Under the pieces are notes generated by a model. It saw only the letters and a program-made list of their open reading frames with translations. It ran no database searches and was not told where the DNA came from. Shown here one piece after another: positions 25,557-38,959 of a DNA stretch of 64,000 nt (its first letter is position 1; each line of letters starts with the position of its first letter). This stretch comes from Lama glama (Eukaryota). The stretch lies in the NCBI GenBank assembly GCA_028534125.1, contig CM052833.1:18228001-18292000 (forward strand). Reading direction: 5' to 3'. The position numbers and the translations under genes are program-made.

Positions 25557-27152
25557 TGGAGGCATGATATTCACCATGACGGTTCTGAGTGTATTTGTAC
25601 CCCTGTGGGGGTGGAGTTTCTAGGACAGGAGCCTTGGCTGGTTTCACTGTGTATCCTCAAAGTCCAGCCCAGAGGAGAGGGTGGAGCTGGGTCTCACACC
25701 TGAGTGATGAGAGGCAGTGGCATCTTATTACATGGAGAGATCTTTTTATTGTAATACTCTGAAACTCAGGTGCAGAATTGATTAGTCCCTTCTTCCTCTA
25801 AAAATGTGGGATTTATCCCTTCTGCTGTGGAAGGGGGAGAGAGAAAGGCTGGCCTTGGGCCGGGTGTATGTTTCCTAACAGCAAGCTTTGGGCAGGCCTT
25901 GCTGCAGGGCACGGTTGTGGAACTGTACTTTGAAAAGCAAGTGAAGGTGGGTTGGGGAGGCCTTGATTCTTAGTTCAGAGTGTGCTTTGAGCCTGAGAGG
26001 CTGAAGTTTCCTGAGCAGGGCAGCACGGTGGGAAGGCGTGGATGGAGGGAGATGGCCCCCAGGGACCAGGCGGGCCCTTCCCGTGCAGGCTGGACTCTTG
26101 GGGCAGCTTCCAGGAGGCACATGTGGCCCGTGGCTTCAGTGCAGGGCCAGGCGCTGCCCATGTGCAGGTTATAATTACACTGATCAGAGCTGTCTTTTCC
26201 CCATGCCTCTCCTTTTTCTTCTTCACTTTTTTCCTAAAAGAAATTTTAGAAAAGCAGAAAAGAACTCCTCCCCATCTCCTTCAAAGCACTGTGGCACCTT
26301 CAGATCTGGGTACTTGAAAGCTAAGGCTGATCATGATTTCCGATGAACATAACGTGCGTTTGAAATTCTTTTCCACATCAAATTAAATCTGTCTTGGACT
26401 GATTTCCTGGAAGTGTTTTTCATTAGAATAATAGTCCTCAGCTGAGAGATCAGAGGATCAGATACCACAGAAGGGGAAATAGAAACAACGTCATCGTGTG
26501 CATCCTCCAGGGAGGTACCCAGGGGACTTCTGGGGGCTCAGCTGGGGAGAAACTGTCCCTTCTTTAAGCGTGTCCCTGGGGAAATGGCACTGCGTCTGGG
26601 GGGCTACCAGTGACTTCAGTGACAGAATCTTTGTTTTTTTAATGGAAGTATAAAGGAGTAAGAAGTTAGGTTCAGTTAGCCAGCCAACCAACTGACCAAG
26701 TTAATTGTGTACCTACTAGCTGCCCCTCCCTCTGTGGTGCCAGAAATCTAACTGTTGGAAAGACAAAGTCCTTTGAGGAGAGTAAACTCTCAGGACAAGA
26801 CTCCAGGGATGCAGACAGAGCTCCAGCCTGTTGGATGATTTTTCTTTCCTGGCCTGAATATGTCCTTCTGTGTAATGCACACTTCGCTTACCTACACAGG
26901 TTCTAGGGTGGCGGAGGAAATCCTTCTGAAATTCCTTTCTCCTCCTCCCGTCTGAAACTTGACTTGTTTACTGCAGGTTGTTAACGGCCTTGAGAGTGTC
27001 TTTAATCCTTAGCCAGGGTCTTTAAATATAATACATCAATAACAGGTAATTATTCACTTTGAACTCCTTGCTCTTTTCCCTCATACCCTGCAGGGTGAGG
27101 CTTGGAACCTTCAAGCACTGTAGCAGATTCTTCCTATCAGAGTGTCAAGACT

Positions 27153-27176
27153 CGTAAGGCGTAAGGCGTAAGGCGT
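27153..27176. repeat. Perfect 7-bp tandem repeat (cgtaagg)x3+
   Basis: Directly visible. Confidence 0.95.
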
Positions 27177-29199
27177 CTGTCAAGGAATGCGTTTGCTTAC
27201 TTTAACGACTCCCCTCTCCCTCCCTTTACTTCTGACTCTTGCATGGAGCGGGAGGGCTGGTGTTTACCCTGCGGGGTCTCTTCACGCCTAAGGGGTTGGC
27301 CCTGTGCACTCACCTCATTTCCTCAGAAGTTGCATGCAGTGACTTTGTTGCTCCCGGCCTGTCAGGTTATTTCTGTTTTGAATGTGTCCAGGAAAATCCC
27401 GTCAAGTTCAAAACTTCCTTTCGCCCCATACCTATCTTTGATCTGCGAGGCCTGGACACAGCAGTCCGAGCAGCTCACTGTGGGCCTCGGCTCCTTTAGC
27501 AGGGTCCTGGGGCAGCATGATTTATTGGTTCTGTTGGTCAGCTCGGTGTTGGGTGGCCTGGTCCTTGGCTCTTGTGCATACCTGGATCAGCCCCCGTCCT
27601 GAGGACAGCTTTGTCTCTGGTGTTCTTGGGCACTGTCTGTGAGCGTGGATTTGCCTCCTCTGCGGAAGCCACACGTGCAGTCCCTGATGTGTCCCTTCCT
27701 GGCATGTTGGAATGGCCCAGCGATTGCTCTAACCTTATTGCTGACTCATTGCATTTAGTGGTGCAGGCTTGGTTCTCTGTGCTGATGAAATCTTTATCGC
27801 TCACCCTGGGCTCCCTTGTGCGTATGAAGCGATTTTCTGAACATCAGCTGGCGGGGGATGGGGGACGCTAGTTACTGTTAAGTGCTGTTCAGTCTGAAAG
27901 CAAAGGCTTAGGCGTGTAGAACAGGTGGTATTTCCTACCTCAGGCTCTCCGAACGGAGGGACACCAGCAGTGAACTGGGAACTCATTTTAGGTCTAAGGT
28001 GTTAGCCAGATTTAACTAAAGGGAAACGGTTGAAGGTGTTAGTTGACATTGAAAAAGTAGTACCCACGTTTCTATACCCAAATAATCAAATTGCATAATT
28101 GATTTCTGTGATGTTACTCAGACGATTTCCTCACTTGCTAATGATAGGAATTCACTTTGAATGTAGACATAACAAGATCTAACAGGATGTTCTGGAGTCT
28201 CACTGGGGAGTAATGACTAATGGAGTGGAAACTTTCACTTTTAAATCTGATTTCATCCTTGACCTTGTTAGTGACCTTTGGCCTATTGCCTACTCTTTCA
28301 GTATCTGTTTCCCTGTGATTATGTCGGCTCTGCGGTATCAAAGGGGCCTTTACATGTCATGAAGACTTTCGTGATAAGCAATATGTTTATACTGAAGAGT
28401 GTTGAGAACTTCAGACTCCGTCCATACAGGATGTTAGAATGTCCTTTATTTTAATCAATGTGGTTTAAAAAGAAGCCAGTGTTTGGATGTCATGAAGATC
28501 AATGAGCTTGTGGGCTGACTGCATTTTTCCTTCCCCAGCAGTGATTTTGGCAGCATGTGCTAGAGCTCGGGTAGTCTGTGAGCGTTGTCAGCCGTGGTAT
28601 GGAAACCAAGGGTAACATGGTGCCAGGAACCTTTGGGGAGCGTCTGTCTGTTCGCCCTTGAATGAGCTCAGCAGGGAGGGTGTGCTGAGCTCTGCGAGGA
28701 ACGAAGTCAGATTTAGGGCTCCCGTGTGTTTGAAACTTCAGTGAGCAGAGGGACGTCTGGTGGAGAAGATACCCACAGTTTCCTTTTCTCCTGGGCTTTG
28801 TTCTTTCCCGTAGGATTGCAGGCTGAGCTGCGTGGCAGGCTGGCCAGGGGAGGGGATGGAGAGGTACAGGAGGGGCCGCTGCCACTTGAATTACAGGCCT
28901 GGGAGGGTATCTGGATGTGTCTTTCCTTGGAGTGATCTTCTGTAGCTTTGTTTGCCTCTTGGGGAGTCGGAGATTCTTGTCATTACCCCTCTGGGTTCCC
29001 CAAACTGGCTAGCCTTCCTACCGAAGAACGGTCAGAAACGTGAGTTCATCAGTGTGAGTCCTGAACAAGTAGGGAGAGTGGCCGTCAGTGTTGACTGATT
29101 ATTACTTTAGTGTCAAAGGGATTCCTTATCACCTGTTTGAATAGTCTGACTACAGGGCATTAAGTCAAATAGATGGTTTAACAGATTTTTTTAAAAATT

Positions 29200-29290
29200 C
29201 TTATTTTTTTATTCAAGTGTAGTCAATTTACAATGTTAGTTTCAGGTGTATAGCAAAGCGATTCAGTTATACATATTTTAGGTTTTTAAT
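29200..29290 (-). mobile_element. Short L1 3'-terminal fragment, antisense
   Basis: ttttttattcaagtgtagtcaatttacaatgttagtttcaggtgtatagcaaagcgattcagttatacat is the reverse of a laurasiatherian L1 tail. Confidence 0.75.
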
Positions 29291-29407
29291 CATTAGAGTG
29301 AATTTGTTAATATAAAAAAGTAATATGTTAACATAGAAGACAGCAGACTTTTCAATTAAAAAAACTGAGTGAAAGGATTACTGATAGCTTTAAAAATGAA
29401 GATTTTT

Positions 29408-29544
29408 TTTAAAGGTAGTACTTTTTTTAAAGTTTATTTTTATTATTTATATTTTAATTTTTTTTACTGGAGGTACTGGGGATTGAACCCAGGACCTTGT
29501 GCATGCTCAGCATGCACTCTACCACTGAGCTATACCCTCCCCCC
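29408..29544 (-). mobile_element. tRNA-Ala-derived camelid SINE, short form
   Basis: The reverse complement reads ggggagggtatagctcagtggtagagtgcatgctgagcatgcacaaggtcctgggttcaatccccagtacctcc plus an A-rich tail. A degenerate TSD is present: taaaaatgaagatttt / tagaaataaagatttt. Confidence 0.9.
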
Positions 29545-32500
29545 TAGAAATAAAGATTTTAATTCTTTAGACTATGACTAGAATTAAGGAAGTGTAAGTA
29601 TTAAAAAGGATCTCCTGTTCTACACAGTAAATACACATAAGCACCAGAAAGAACTGATGCCAGTGTCATTTATATAAAGGGGTTCAGATATCTTTAGGTG
29701 TCTGTCTTTCTGTCTGTCATATAAAGGCAAGTTAAATACTCACCCGGCTGTGACCTTCCACGCCCACCTGAGTCCTCAGTCCACGGTTCTGAATCACTTT
29801 CGAGATTTGAGGCACTGTTGTTTCTGAACCACAGTGACTTGTGTCCAGCCTTTCTCAGAAATCCAGACCTGGGGTGGTAGGGAGGGGGTGGGGCAGCAGC
29901 GGGAGGAGGGTGGGACGTGAGAGCGCAGCGGGGGGAGATGCTGCACAGAAACCACTGCTGCCCGGAAACTCGGCTGTGTCTCCCACACTGTCAGTTTATT
30001 CCAAAGGAAACCGCTGTTGACTGCGATGCAGATACCCCACTACTAGAGGCAGTAAAATGTTGTCTGTGGACTGAAACAAAGCCAACCCAGCTCGATGGAC
30101 TGGGGCAGTGTTGACCAGGATGATGAAGGCTCAGCTCTTCCTCGTCCCAGAGCAATAGAATTGAGACTCATGTTATAGAATATTTGTAATTATCTTATGT
30201 GCTTTTGGTAGTTCTTTCCCTTTCCTGACAATTATGCACGCTTTTCCCCATCTGAGAGGTTGGAGGAAAGCTCTGGCCCACTCCCCTCCCACCCCAGCTG
30301 TCAGAGGTTTATGGCCTCCTTGTTTATACAGGCAAGGCCAGAATCCCTCCCCTAGAGACCTCAGGGGTGCATTGGGAAGATCCTAGAGCTAACTCTAGGA
30401 ATCTGTAGGAATAATATAATATCATGTCTTACAATGTTTAAAATGCAAGATAATTAAACACTTAATGACCCACTTGTGGTTTAGGACTTATGTATCCTAT
30501 AAGAATATTTTAATAATTATTTATATATTGAAAATTTTCACTCAACATTTCAATCAAAAACTTGCACATAAAATTTCCTGGGTCCGTGTCTGAACATAAA
30601 CACTGTTGCTATGTGTGTCAAGTGAAGTCTGGTTATGGAAGGTCTAGGTTGTTGTACGTTCAGGAAGCAAGTGTATGTGTGAGTTTGGCTTGAGGTTCAG
30701 TGTATGTCACCCCCTCACTCCACTCAATAACGTATGAAAAAATCACAGGATTAGTTTCTGGGTGTGGATGAGGGCCAACTCAAAGGAACCCAGAGGGCTT
30801 TATTAGATTTACCCCAACCTCCCCCCGGGGGTGATATGTTCACGTGTATGCAGCACCCACCAAACGCCAAAAATACTTTCAGAAGTGCCCTGGGACCCTG
30901 CCACCTCCTAGAGAATGCTGGTCATCCGTGTGTTCTTCAGTGGACTGTGCTTGTTTACTGTTCCAGGGCAGTGAAGGCCCTCTCCGTGCGTCTCACGGCC
31001 TCGGCTCCGTCTGTCCCGCCAGGCTTCCGTGTCACCCCGGCTGCGGTTTGCAGAGCTGAGCACATAGTATCTGGGCCATGTAACCGACCCTGGTGCCAAC
31101 ACACGTTTCTTTCCCACTACTCTTCACTCTTCAGTAAAGGGGGAGACTGGCTGGTGGAAGTGTCTGGGCTCCTTCAAGCTCTTCTCAGGCCTTATGGTCC
31201 CTGTATCCCAAGTGCCCTGAACAGAGTGGTCATGTGGTTACGGTCAGACGAGGGCTTTATCCCTATGCATCAGCTGGGCAGTCATGTCTGGGGTATGTGT
31301 GTTTACACAGCGTCATGATGGAAATGGGGAACTCGGAATGATCCGGGGATGGGGGTGGGGGCTCTGCACGGACAGGCAGTGTGGCCAGATCCCTGCCGGC
31401 CACAGCATCAACTCCGAGTGATACCGGGCCCACTGGTCACCCCCACCCCCAGCCTGAGACCCGTGGCCCCGTCTGCCTGCAGCAAGAACCTGACAGCTCT
31501 GCATGTGAGCTGTGGCCTCTGTCTTGTGGGAAATGGCCACGGCTGTCATCGGGACATCGGGGAGGAGTCCACGACAAAAGGAGAGTCGGGGTCCTCCCCT
31601 TGCAAGGCCTGGCAGCTGCGGAAAACACAGAGTTGTTCTGAAGTTCGAGGGGGCAGCTTTTCCCCCACCTGCTGTGGGCTAGGGGAATCCATGTGGTCCT
31701 TGGAAGGCTGCCCAGGCCTCTTGTTTAAGTAGTGCGCATGTGCACTTTTGGTGCAGCTATTTATAAGCACGCTTAGCCCTCGGTCACCATCCTTATTAAA
31801 GACACAAATACTTTACCTCTTAGCAAAGATGAAAATAGTTTTCACAGATTTCCTGGCGGGCGGCAATACAGCCTAGCCAACCCCTTTCATCTGCAGATTT
31901 CAGCCTCATAAAGTATTGATCTAGAGAACAGAACTTGTTTCAGAGTCACGTTCCCGAAAAGTATAAAACCAGCTTGACGAGGGCTGGGGGTGCGTGCCTT
32001 CACCTCAGGATATTTTGAACGTGCCTGAGGCTTTGTTGAGTGGTGCTGAAACAGAAGGTGGTGGTAGGATAAAAGAGATGCAGGACCAGCGTGTGATGCT
32101 TTATGCGGGAGCACAGCACCTCTTGCCGGTTGCTTGGTTACCCACCTTAGCTAGGTACTAACTGCTTGACAGACCCCTTCTGGCTCCAGACCACAAGCTC
32201 ATAGCAAAACTCTGTTGGTCCTAGACAGGCCGTAGACTGTGGATGGGAATCCGGCTGTATCTGAAGGCAGAACATAGTGATTAAAGCAGGACTCTCCTGG
32301 GGGAGCAGGACAGGGCAGGGGTTGGGGGAGGGAAGCCCTGTCTGTGGATGCGTTAGGGAAGACAGGTTCTTCGTTGGCTGGGACTTAATGAAAACAGAGA
32401 AACGAGGAGGATTTTTCAAGGAGCAAGATAATAACCTCTTTTCCTGGCTGGGTCTCGGCCACTGTTCTAGCACCGCACGGCCCCTTCCTTCGCTCTGTGA

Positions 32501-33789
32501 ATGTGGCCTGCAGGCTTAGAGCACCGCAGCCACCTCTTCCCCTGCTTCCTGTGAGCTGAACAGCTGCGTTTCTGTTTAGCACTCAGGGTGGCAGGGTTCC
32601 TAGAGATGGGCCGCGATGTATATACTTTAAGCTGTAACGCACCCGTTTGGTGATTAACCTGTAGCACGAGGAGTAGGATGCAGAGGTTCAAGTAACAGAC
32701 CTAACATGGAGTGGAATTTGTTCTTCCGTTGGAAGGCTGGTTCCGGGACTGCTGACTCAGGGCGCTGCGGGCCATTGGTTTGTTCACAGATTTGCAGGCC
32801 CTGAGCAGGCGGGACACTCGCGCGCGGTCACCAGCTTAGACATCCCGCTGCTGCCGCCAGCCAAGGTCCTGCCTCCCACGTGCTGCAGCTCGCTCTCTTT
32901 TGACATCTGTGCCAGGTCATCAACTCAGCCACCCCACTTGTCTCCCTGCCTTACGGAGAGCACCCGGCTCCCACCAGCCCCACCCTGACACCACAGTCCG
33001 AGTCCACCCACCTGAAGACCCACATTCCCTCTGCAGCGCCAGGCGTCTGGGGGCTGCCAGCCTCCCTTCCCCGTCAAGCTGTCTTCCTGCAGCGATAGCC
33101 TCCACGGTGCATCAGAGAGCTTCCTCGGGGCCCCTGGGTTGGGGCTGTGAGGCTGCCAAGGAGAAAGGCAGGGCACACGCGGCCCCAGAGCTGCAGGCTC
33201 CAACCTGGGAACCTGGTTTTCCTCTAGTGTTTGCTCCACACGAATTCACAAGACCAGTCCACAGATAAGGTCACACCTCAGCAGCTGAGGTCCTTAACTT
33301 GCCTGTTCAGGAGACAAATGCCAGGAACAGGGGTGAGGAGACGGACACCACCCTTGGCCCTACCAGCAGGGACTATGTTACTGTTAATTGTTTCTAACTC
33401 ATGCCTGTTGCAGTTCCATCAGAGTAATGCTTCTTTTATGCGACAGTGTGATTTGCAACACAGGCAGAGTAGGGCTAACTACCCCCCTCAAATGCCGGCC
33501 CTTTGCCACTGCCCGCTGGTTAAGCTGCACTTTTCTCAGCCTGGGTCGGATCTGCCGCCCCAGGGCGCTGCGTCAGCCTGGGTGTTGGCAGCAGAGGAAC
33601 GGGCTGGTCGTGAACCCAAACTGGAAAGGTGGGTCTGGGTGGTGCCTGGTGTGTGGAATTGCTGCACATCCACCACCCTGGGAGGAGAGCCGGTCCCAGC
33701 CCTCTCGTTGCTCTCAGATTCTGAGAAAGACGCAAACCATCAGATTCTTTGTCTTGTGGGATATGTTAGACTTACTGAAAATAAACTTT

Positions 33790-34800
33790 TTGTTTAAATC
33801 AAAGAGTGATACCCACACAGAAAACTGCGTGGCTGTTGTGAGTACCGCCCAGTGACTTCTTACAAACTGTTCTTAACCTATGTAACCAGCTCCGGAGCAA
33901 GATGCGGAGCATCCCAGAGACTCCCGAGGGTCCCCTGTGAGGCGCTGCTGCCTTCCTCGAGTGGCCGCTCTCCAGACCCCCACCCCCTGGACTCGTGGTC
34001 TCTGGTTTTGGATGCTGTGTTAATGGAGCCGTGCAGGTTGTGCTCTTTTGTGCCTGGTCCTTCTCTGATCATCGCCCTGGGTGATTGGTCTGGGCTGCTG
34101 TACGCCACATGGGTGGAAGTTCGCTCGTTTTAATTTCATTTCTAAACAGAATTCTGCTGTGTGGACATACCACGGACACCGTATGTACCCATCCTGCAGT
34201 CAGTGGGCATTTCGGTCACGTCCTGTCTTCTGAGTTTTAGGAACAGAGCTGCTCTGAATGCGTCTTCAGCAGGCACGTACGTGTGTTTCTGTTGGCCACA
34301 TACCTGTGGGTGCAGTTGCTTGGTCACAGGGTGTATGTATTTCCAACTTAGGTGCAAACTGCCACACAGCCTTTGGAGAGCTAGAACCACCATACTTCCG
34401 CTCAGCAGGATGTGAGAGCTCCGACTGCTCTACATCCTTGTCGGCACCTGGTCCTGTCTCTGTGTGTTGCCATCCAGCCGGGTGTGTCCTGCTGTCCTGT
34501 TGGGCTTTGCCTGGCGTTTCCCTGATGACTAATAACATCGAACATCTTGTTATAGATCTGTTGAGCATTTGGGTATCCTTTTTCTGTGAAGTGCCTATTT
34601 AGGATTCTGCCCACTTTAAAAAAAATTTTAGTGCCTTCCTTTTTCTTGCTTGTTGGAGCTCTTTTTGTACCCTGAGTTTGAGAGTCCTTTGTCAGATAGA
34701 TGTTTGAAAAATAGCTTCTGTGGCCTGGCACCCTCATTATTGAGACATCGGTGAAATTCCAGTTTGCTGTTAGGTAAATCATTATGAAACTTCTTTATCT
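33790..34800 (-). mobile_element. L1ME-like ORF2 C-terminus and 3' UTR, antisense
   Basis: Minus-strand frames LNRHFTEKG and CSMLLVIRETPGK...VWQFAPKLEIHTPCDQA align by eye to the L1 ORF2p C-terminus (MNRHFSKED, CSSSLAIREMQIK, VWRFLRDLELEIPFDPA). Confidence 0.88.
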
Positions 34801-35746
34801 CTAGGAATGCACATGTGTGGCATTAGGCCAGCTACCTCAGCTTTCCCCAGTGCTTGTTTGCATGCCCCATCTTCCCCCTCCTTTCATTCCTTCTTTGTTG
34901 TGGCTGGACCAGACCTTGTGGTTCTTGTTATGATTGCAGGACACATCTCAGCGACAACCATCAGGGAACTCTGGAAAAATAGATTTTTCACTCGCAGGTC
35001 CTGGAGGACACATGGCACACCTCGGGCCGCACATCAGTGTTGGGATAGGGAGCCCCATGCTGCATGACCTGACTCTCCCCAGAGTCAGAGCCGCAGGGTG
35101 GGAGATGCTGCTTGTGGAGGAGCTGCCTGGCCAGCGGGTGCTGGAGCCCTCTGCCGAGTCTCAGCCCTTCGGTGCTGGGCAAGCTAAAATCGTCTTAGAC
35201 CGATGTGACGTTCCAGTGTCAGCTTTCCACCAGCCAGCTCATGGGACCATGGGAACATCTAACTGTGGGACAGGCCCTCTTACTGTAGTCACACCACCCA
35301 GAGGGGAAGTGACAGGGAATGGACCTCAAGTCAGTATTTTCACGTGGAATCTCAAATTTCCCAGGCCAGCCAGGTCCCGCCCTATGGATGCTTGTTTTCC
35401 TAGGCTGAGGGGCTGGGCCTCCCCAGGGGACACATACTCAGGCTGCTGTTGTATGCATCACCTGCTGTCGTCCTGGGCCACACCTGTACCCTGAGCTGTG
35501 CCCTGGGACTTGGGTGCTTTGCTAGAGGGACTTCTCTTGGAGGCAAAAGAGAAATGGTGACTCTTCCCCTCTGCCTGATGCTGTCTTTCATTCACTTCCC
35601 TCAAGCCCTGTGTGTTTGCCTGATTCTTAGAGAGTCACTCTGACCTCCAGTGCAAGCTCCTTTGCTTTCACAGTGAATTTTCCAAGAATCTTCTTTTGGT
35701 GCCAGTTTCAGTCCTCACCCGTGTCTTCAGTGCATGACTTCCCCGA

Positions 35747-35988
35747 GAGAGGCGTGGTGGCCGAGTGCTGAAGTGCACGTTTGGGAATCGGATGCCTGGT
35801 TCTGCTCAGTTCTGCACTTAGTGGTGTGTGATCATGAGCCACTTACCTCTGTGGGCCCCACTTTTCTCATCTGTTAAATGGGGATATGATGGGAATTTAA
35901 GATTGTTGGGAGATCTAATGAGATAATAATTGCAAAAGACTTAACTACAGTGCAGAGCAGTGCTTAATAAATGGTAGTTACTGTTGTT
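35747..35988 (+). mobile_element. MIR SINE
   Basis: cacttttctcatctgttaaatggggata...gtgcttaataaatggtagttactgttg. Confidence 0.8.
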
Positions 35989-36454
35989 GGCTTGGTCCTG
36001 AGCTTGTTACCACAGATTTAAACTCAGATACTACTGTAGCTGTGGAATTGAATCTTTTCTTGTGAAGTTTTGCAAGAACATGTAAGGATGTTTTAAGACT
36101 AGATCCTGTCACCTTCTATCCTGCTCAGAACTTACAAAATCAATAACGTGGGTTGCCTTCAAATCTCTTCTCCCAGTGTCATCACCAAAGAGCCAGCTGA
36201 AGCTCCCTCTCCCCAGGAACTTTCTTGGTGTTTCCAGCAGGGGGTCACCCTCCCCGTTGAGCACTGCAGCACTCACCTTCCACCTCATGTGGGGAGCCGA
36301 TGGCCGAGGCGCACAGCTCACTGCCCTAAGACACCAGACTCTCAGAGCAGGCGGGGGGTGGAGGTGGGGCGTGGATGTATGGTTTCATGCTCTGGGCAGA
36401 TTTCCCTGTAGCTTGGGGAGTGTGCCTGACTAGTGCAGATCAGGGGATTTGTCG

Positions 36455-36608
36455 TAAAGCAGACCTGGAATCAAGTCCTGTCTCTGTTAACTATTGTGTC
36501 TCGGGAATATGGGGTGATGGGTTCTTACTTCTCAGGGAGGCTGTGAGGATTAAACAATAGCTCAGCACAGTGCTGGGCATACAGTAAGTGCCCAATAAAC
36601 AGTAACTG
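36455..36608 (+). mobile_element. MIR SINE fragment
   Basis: gctgtgaggattaaa...cagcacagtgctgggcatacagtaagtgcccaataaa. Confidence 0.8.
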
Positions 36609-38084
36609 GAGGCAGGCAATACTGATTGATGAATTAATTGCATTAACAGATCGGAGGGACACCTGAGATGTTGGCCATGTCCCTTCAGGGTCTGCAGCCT
36701 GAAAGCCAGCTTCCCTTCACCAGATCGTGCTCACTGACCGCCTCTGTGAGCGTGTGCTTAGCTGAGGGCAGTTCAAGAGGGAGTCCACAGACCTGGTCTT
36801 GCTCTGCTGCCCCCACGGCCAGTCATTAAGCAAGTGCCAGTGAATCAGCAAGGGCCGCTTATGAAAAACAGACTGGCCAGGAGGAGCCTGTCGTGTTTAA
36901 TACGTTGCAGACCCAGCGAATTGTGAAAATAAATTAAGGCCCGCGATGCTATTGTTTTTTGAAGCCCTTAGAAAAATTCATTCTCTTTCAACCATGGGGC
37001 GAGGCAATATGGTTTAAAACTATGTGATGCTTTAAACATGACAGCATTTTTCTGCAGTTTTTCTGATGACTTGCACCCATCTTGAGAGCATCACAGGCAT
37101 TTTCTTTTGTTTTTCCAACAATATAGTGACTTAAAGGCAAATCTTGACAGTCATAAACAGCCTTAATTAATGTCAAAAGCACCATAGATCATATTTATGC
37201 ATAGAAATGGAACATTTTCTGGCGGGTGGAATGGAAACCTCCTGGGGGGATGTATGGTGTACGAGGTGGAGTTGTAGCCTGCAGTGAGGAGGGGGCCTTT
37301 TGGCCAGCAGCTTCCAGACTCTTCCAACTGAGTCTCCCCTGATGGCCTCAGGCCCATTGGGCTCCGTGTACTCAGGCCCTTCGCTTCAAGGATATGCTGC
37401 CCAGGGTGGCCTGGCTGAACGTCCCCAGTCCTGGAACACGATGGTCAGGAGAGCCGCTGCCTCCACGTGGTAATAAAGGTCCCCAGGCCGTGCTGCTTCC
37501 AGATTGGCTGCGTTAACTCTGACTCATCCCACCCCTTCCTCCATTGGCTGCCAGGGTATATCCCCCTGCCCCACCCAAACCAGTCTGAGCTGGAGCCTCA
37601 CCTAGACATGGCCTGTGAGATACACTCTCTGTTAGATAGATGGGCAGGCCCTCTGCTGCTAATGCTTCAGGTCTCAAGGGCCTCCTCTCTCCCTCTGCCC
37701 ACGGCCTTACCATTCCCTCTGCTCCAAACCACAGGCCCAGCGTGAGCAATGGAACAGACAGTGGACTAGAGATGATAGCTAGGATCCTCCAGGTCATGCT
37801 CAGCCCCAGACACTGGAAAAGGGAGTGACTACGAGGGGAAACCCCTCAGTTTCCTCTGGTCAAGCCTTGTCTCCGCTTTTGTCTGTGTGTACAGAAGTTT
37901 CCTAGAGAGGGGTCCCTGCATGCCTCTCCAGACCTTCTTCTCAGCCTGTTTTGTCCTCCTGCACTCCATCCAGTTCAGCCCGGTCTAGTCCAGTTAACAA
38001 GCTGATCAGCACTGGGACACAGCCACTGGGCCCCTGGGTCTCTGCCTTAAAGAGCTCAATTAACTGCTGTAGTAATTTGCTACC

Positions 38085-38360
38085 ATAAACTTATACATGT
38101 TAATTTTAGAAAAGCTGAAAGCTAGAGCAAAGCACAAAAATGGGAGATAAAAATCACCTTCAATCACACTCAGATTCCACCTTGATAATTTTACTACATA
38201 CATGTAGGTATGTATATAGTACATATACCCACACATTTGGATTCTGTGTTTACATGTTGCCTTGCTTCCTGCCTTACTCATGAGAGCTCTGTCCAGGCAT
38301 TCCCTGTCTTTCCGACTCTCAGTTTCCCACCTGCAGCTGCAATGGACGGCAGCGTCATCT
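38085..38360 (-). mobile_element. Very old L1ME 3' end fragment
   Basis: tacatgttaattttagaaaagctgaaagctagagcaaagcacaaaaatgggagataaaaatcacc is typical of antisense L1ME3/4 tails. Confidence 0.55.
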
Positions 38361-38959
38361 GTTTCTCTTGTGAGTGTGTTCAAAGGCTGATGCAGAAGTA
38401 GATCGTCACTGTGAGCTGTTCATCTTCCTGTACCTACACTTTTATCACTGTGTCTCCTGAGACTGAGTCCACGGTAGGCTCCTAATGAGAGTGACTCTGT
38501 CTTCAGTCCTGGGCGTGTTGCCTCTCCACGGGAGAGACCCATGTTCTCTCACAGCCTGGCTTGTTGGGAGATTCACCCTGGGCTCTGAGACAAAGGGTTA
38601 ACCAGAGCCAAGGGTCAGAGTGCTCTCAAAAACGCAGCAGAGGGGCCTCAGAGCCTCTTCCCAGGGAGCAGGCAGTTAAGAGGAGCCTTATCTGTGAGAG
38701 CAATCATCAGGAAAAGCTGTACGTTTTCTGCACTACAAAGGCGCTGCCTTCTTCTCTTTGGCTCTGACAGGAGCTCTAGAGATCAAGAAAACTGTTGGCC
38801 ACAGTTCTAAAAACTCCAGATAAAGGCTTTGATTTGCTAATTAAATTTTTGCTATCTGCATTTGATATCTCAGCCAAATTGTATCCGCTTCAGGAAGAAC
38901 AAGAAAGCCCCTCACTTCAAAGGGGCGCCCACTCCTCTGTGACCTGTAATTATGGAATT

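Noticed and set aside
25042-25647. ORFs of 89-169 aa spanning the N run
   Set aside because: Artefacts of translating through the assembly gap within an L1 fragment.
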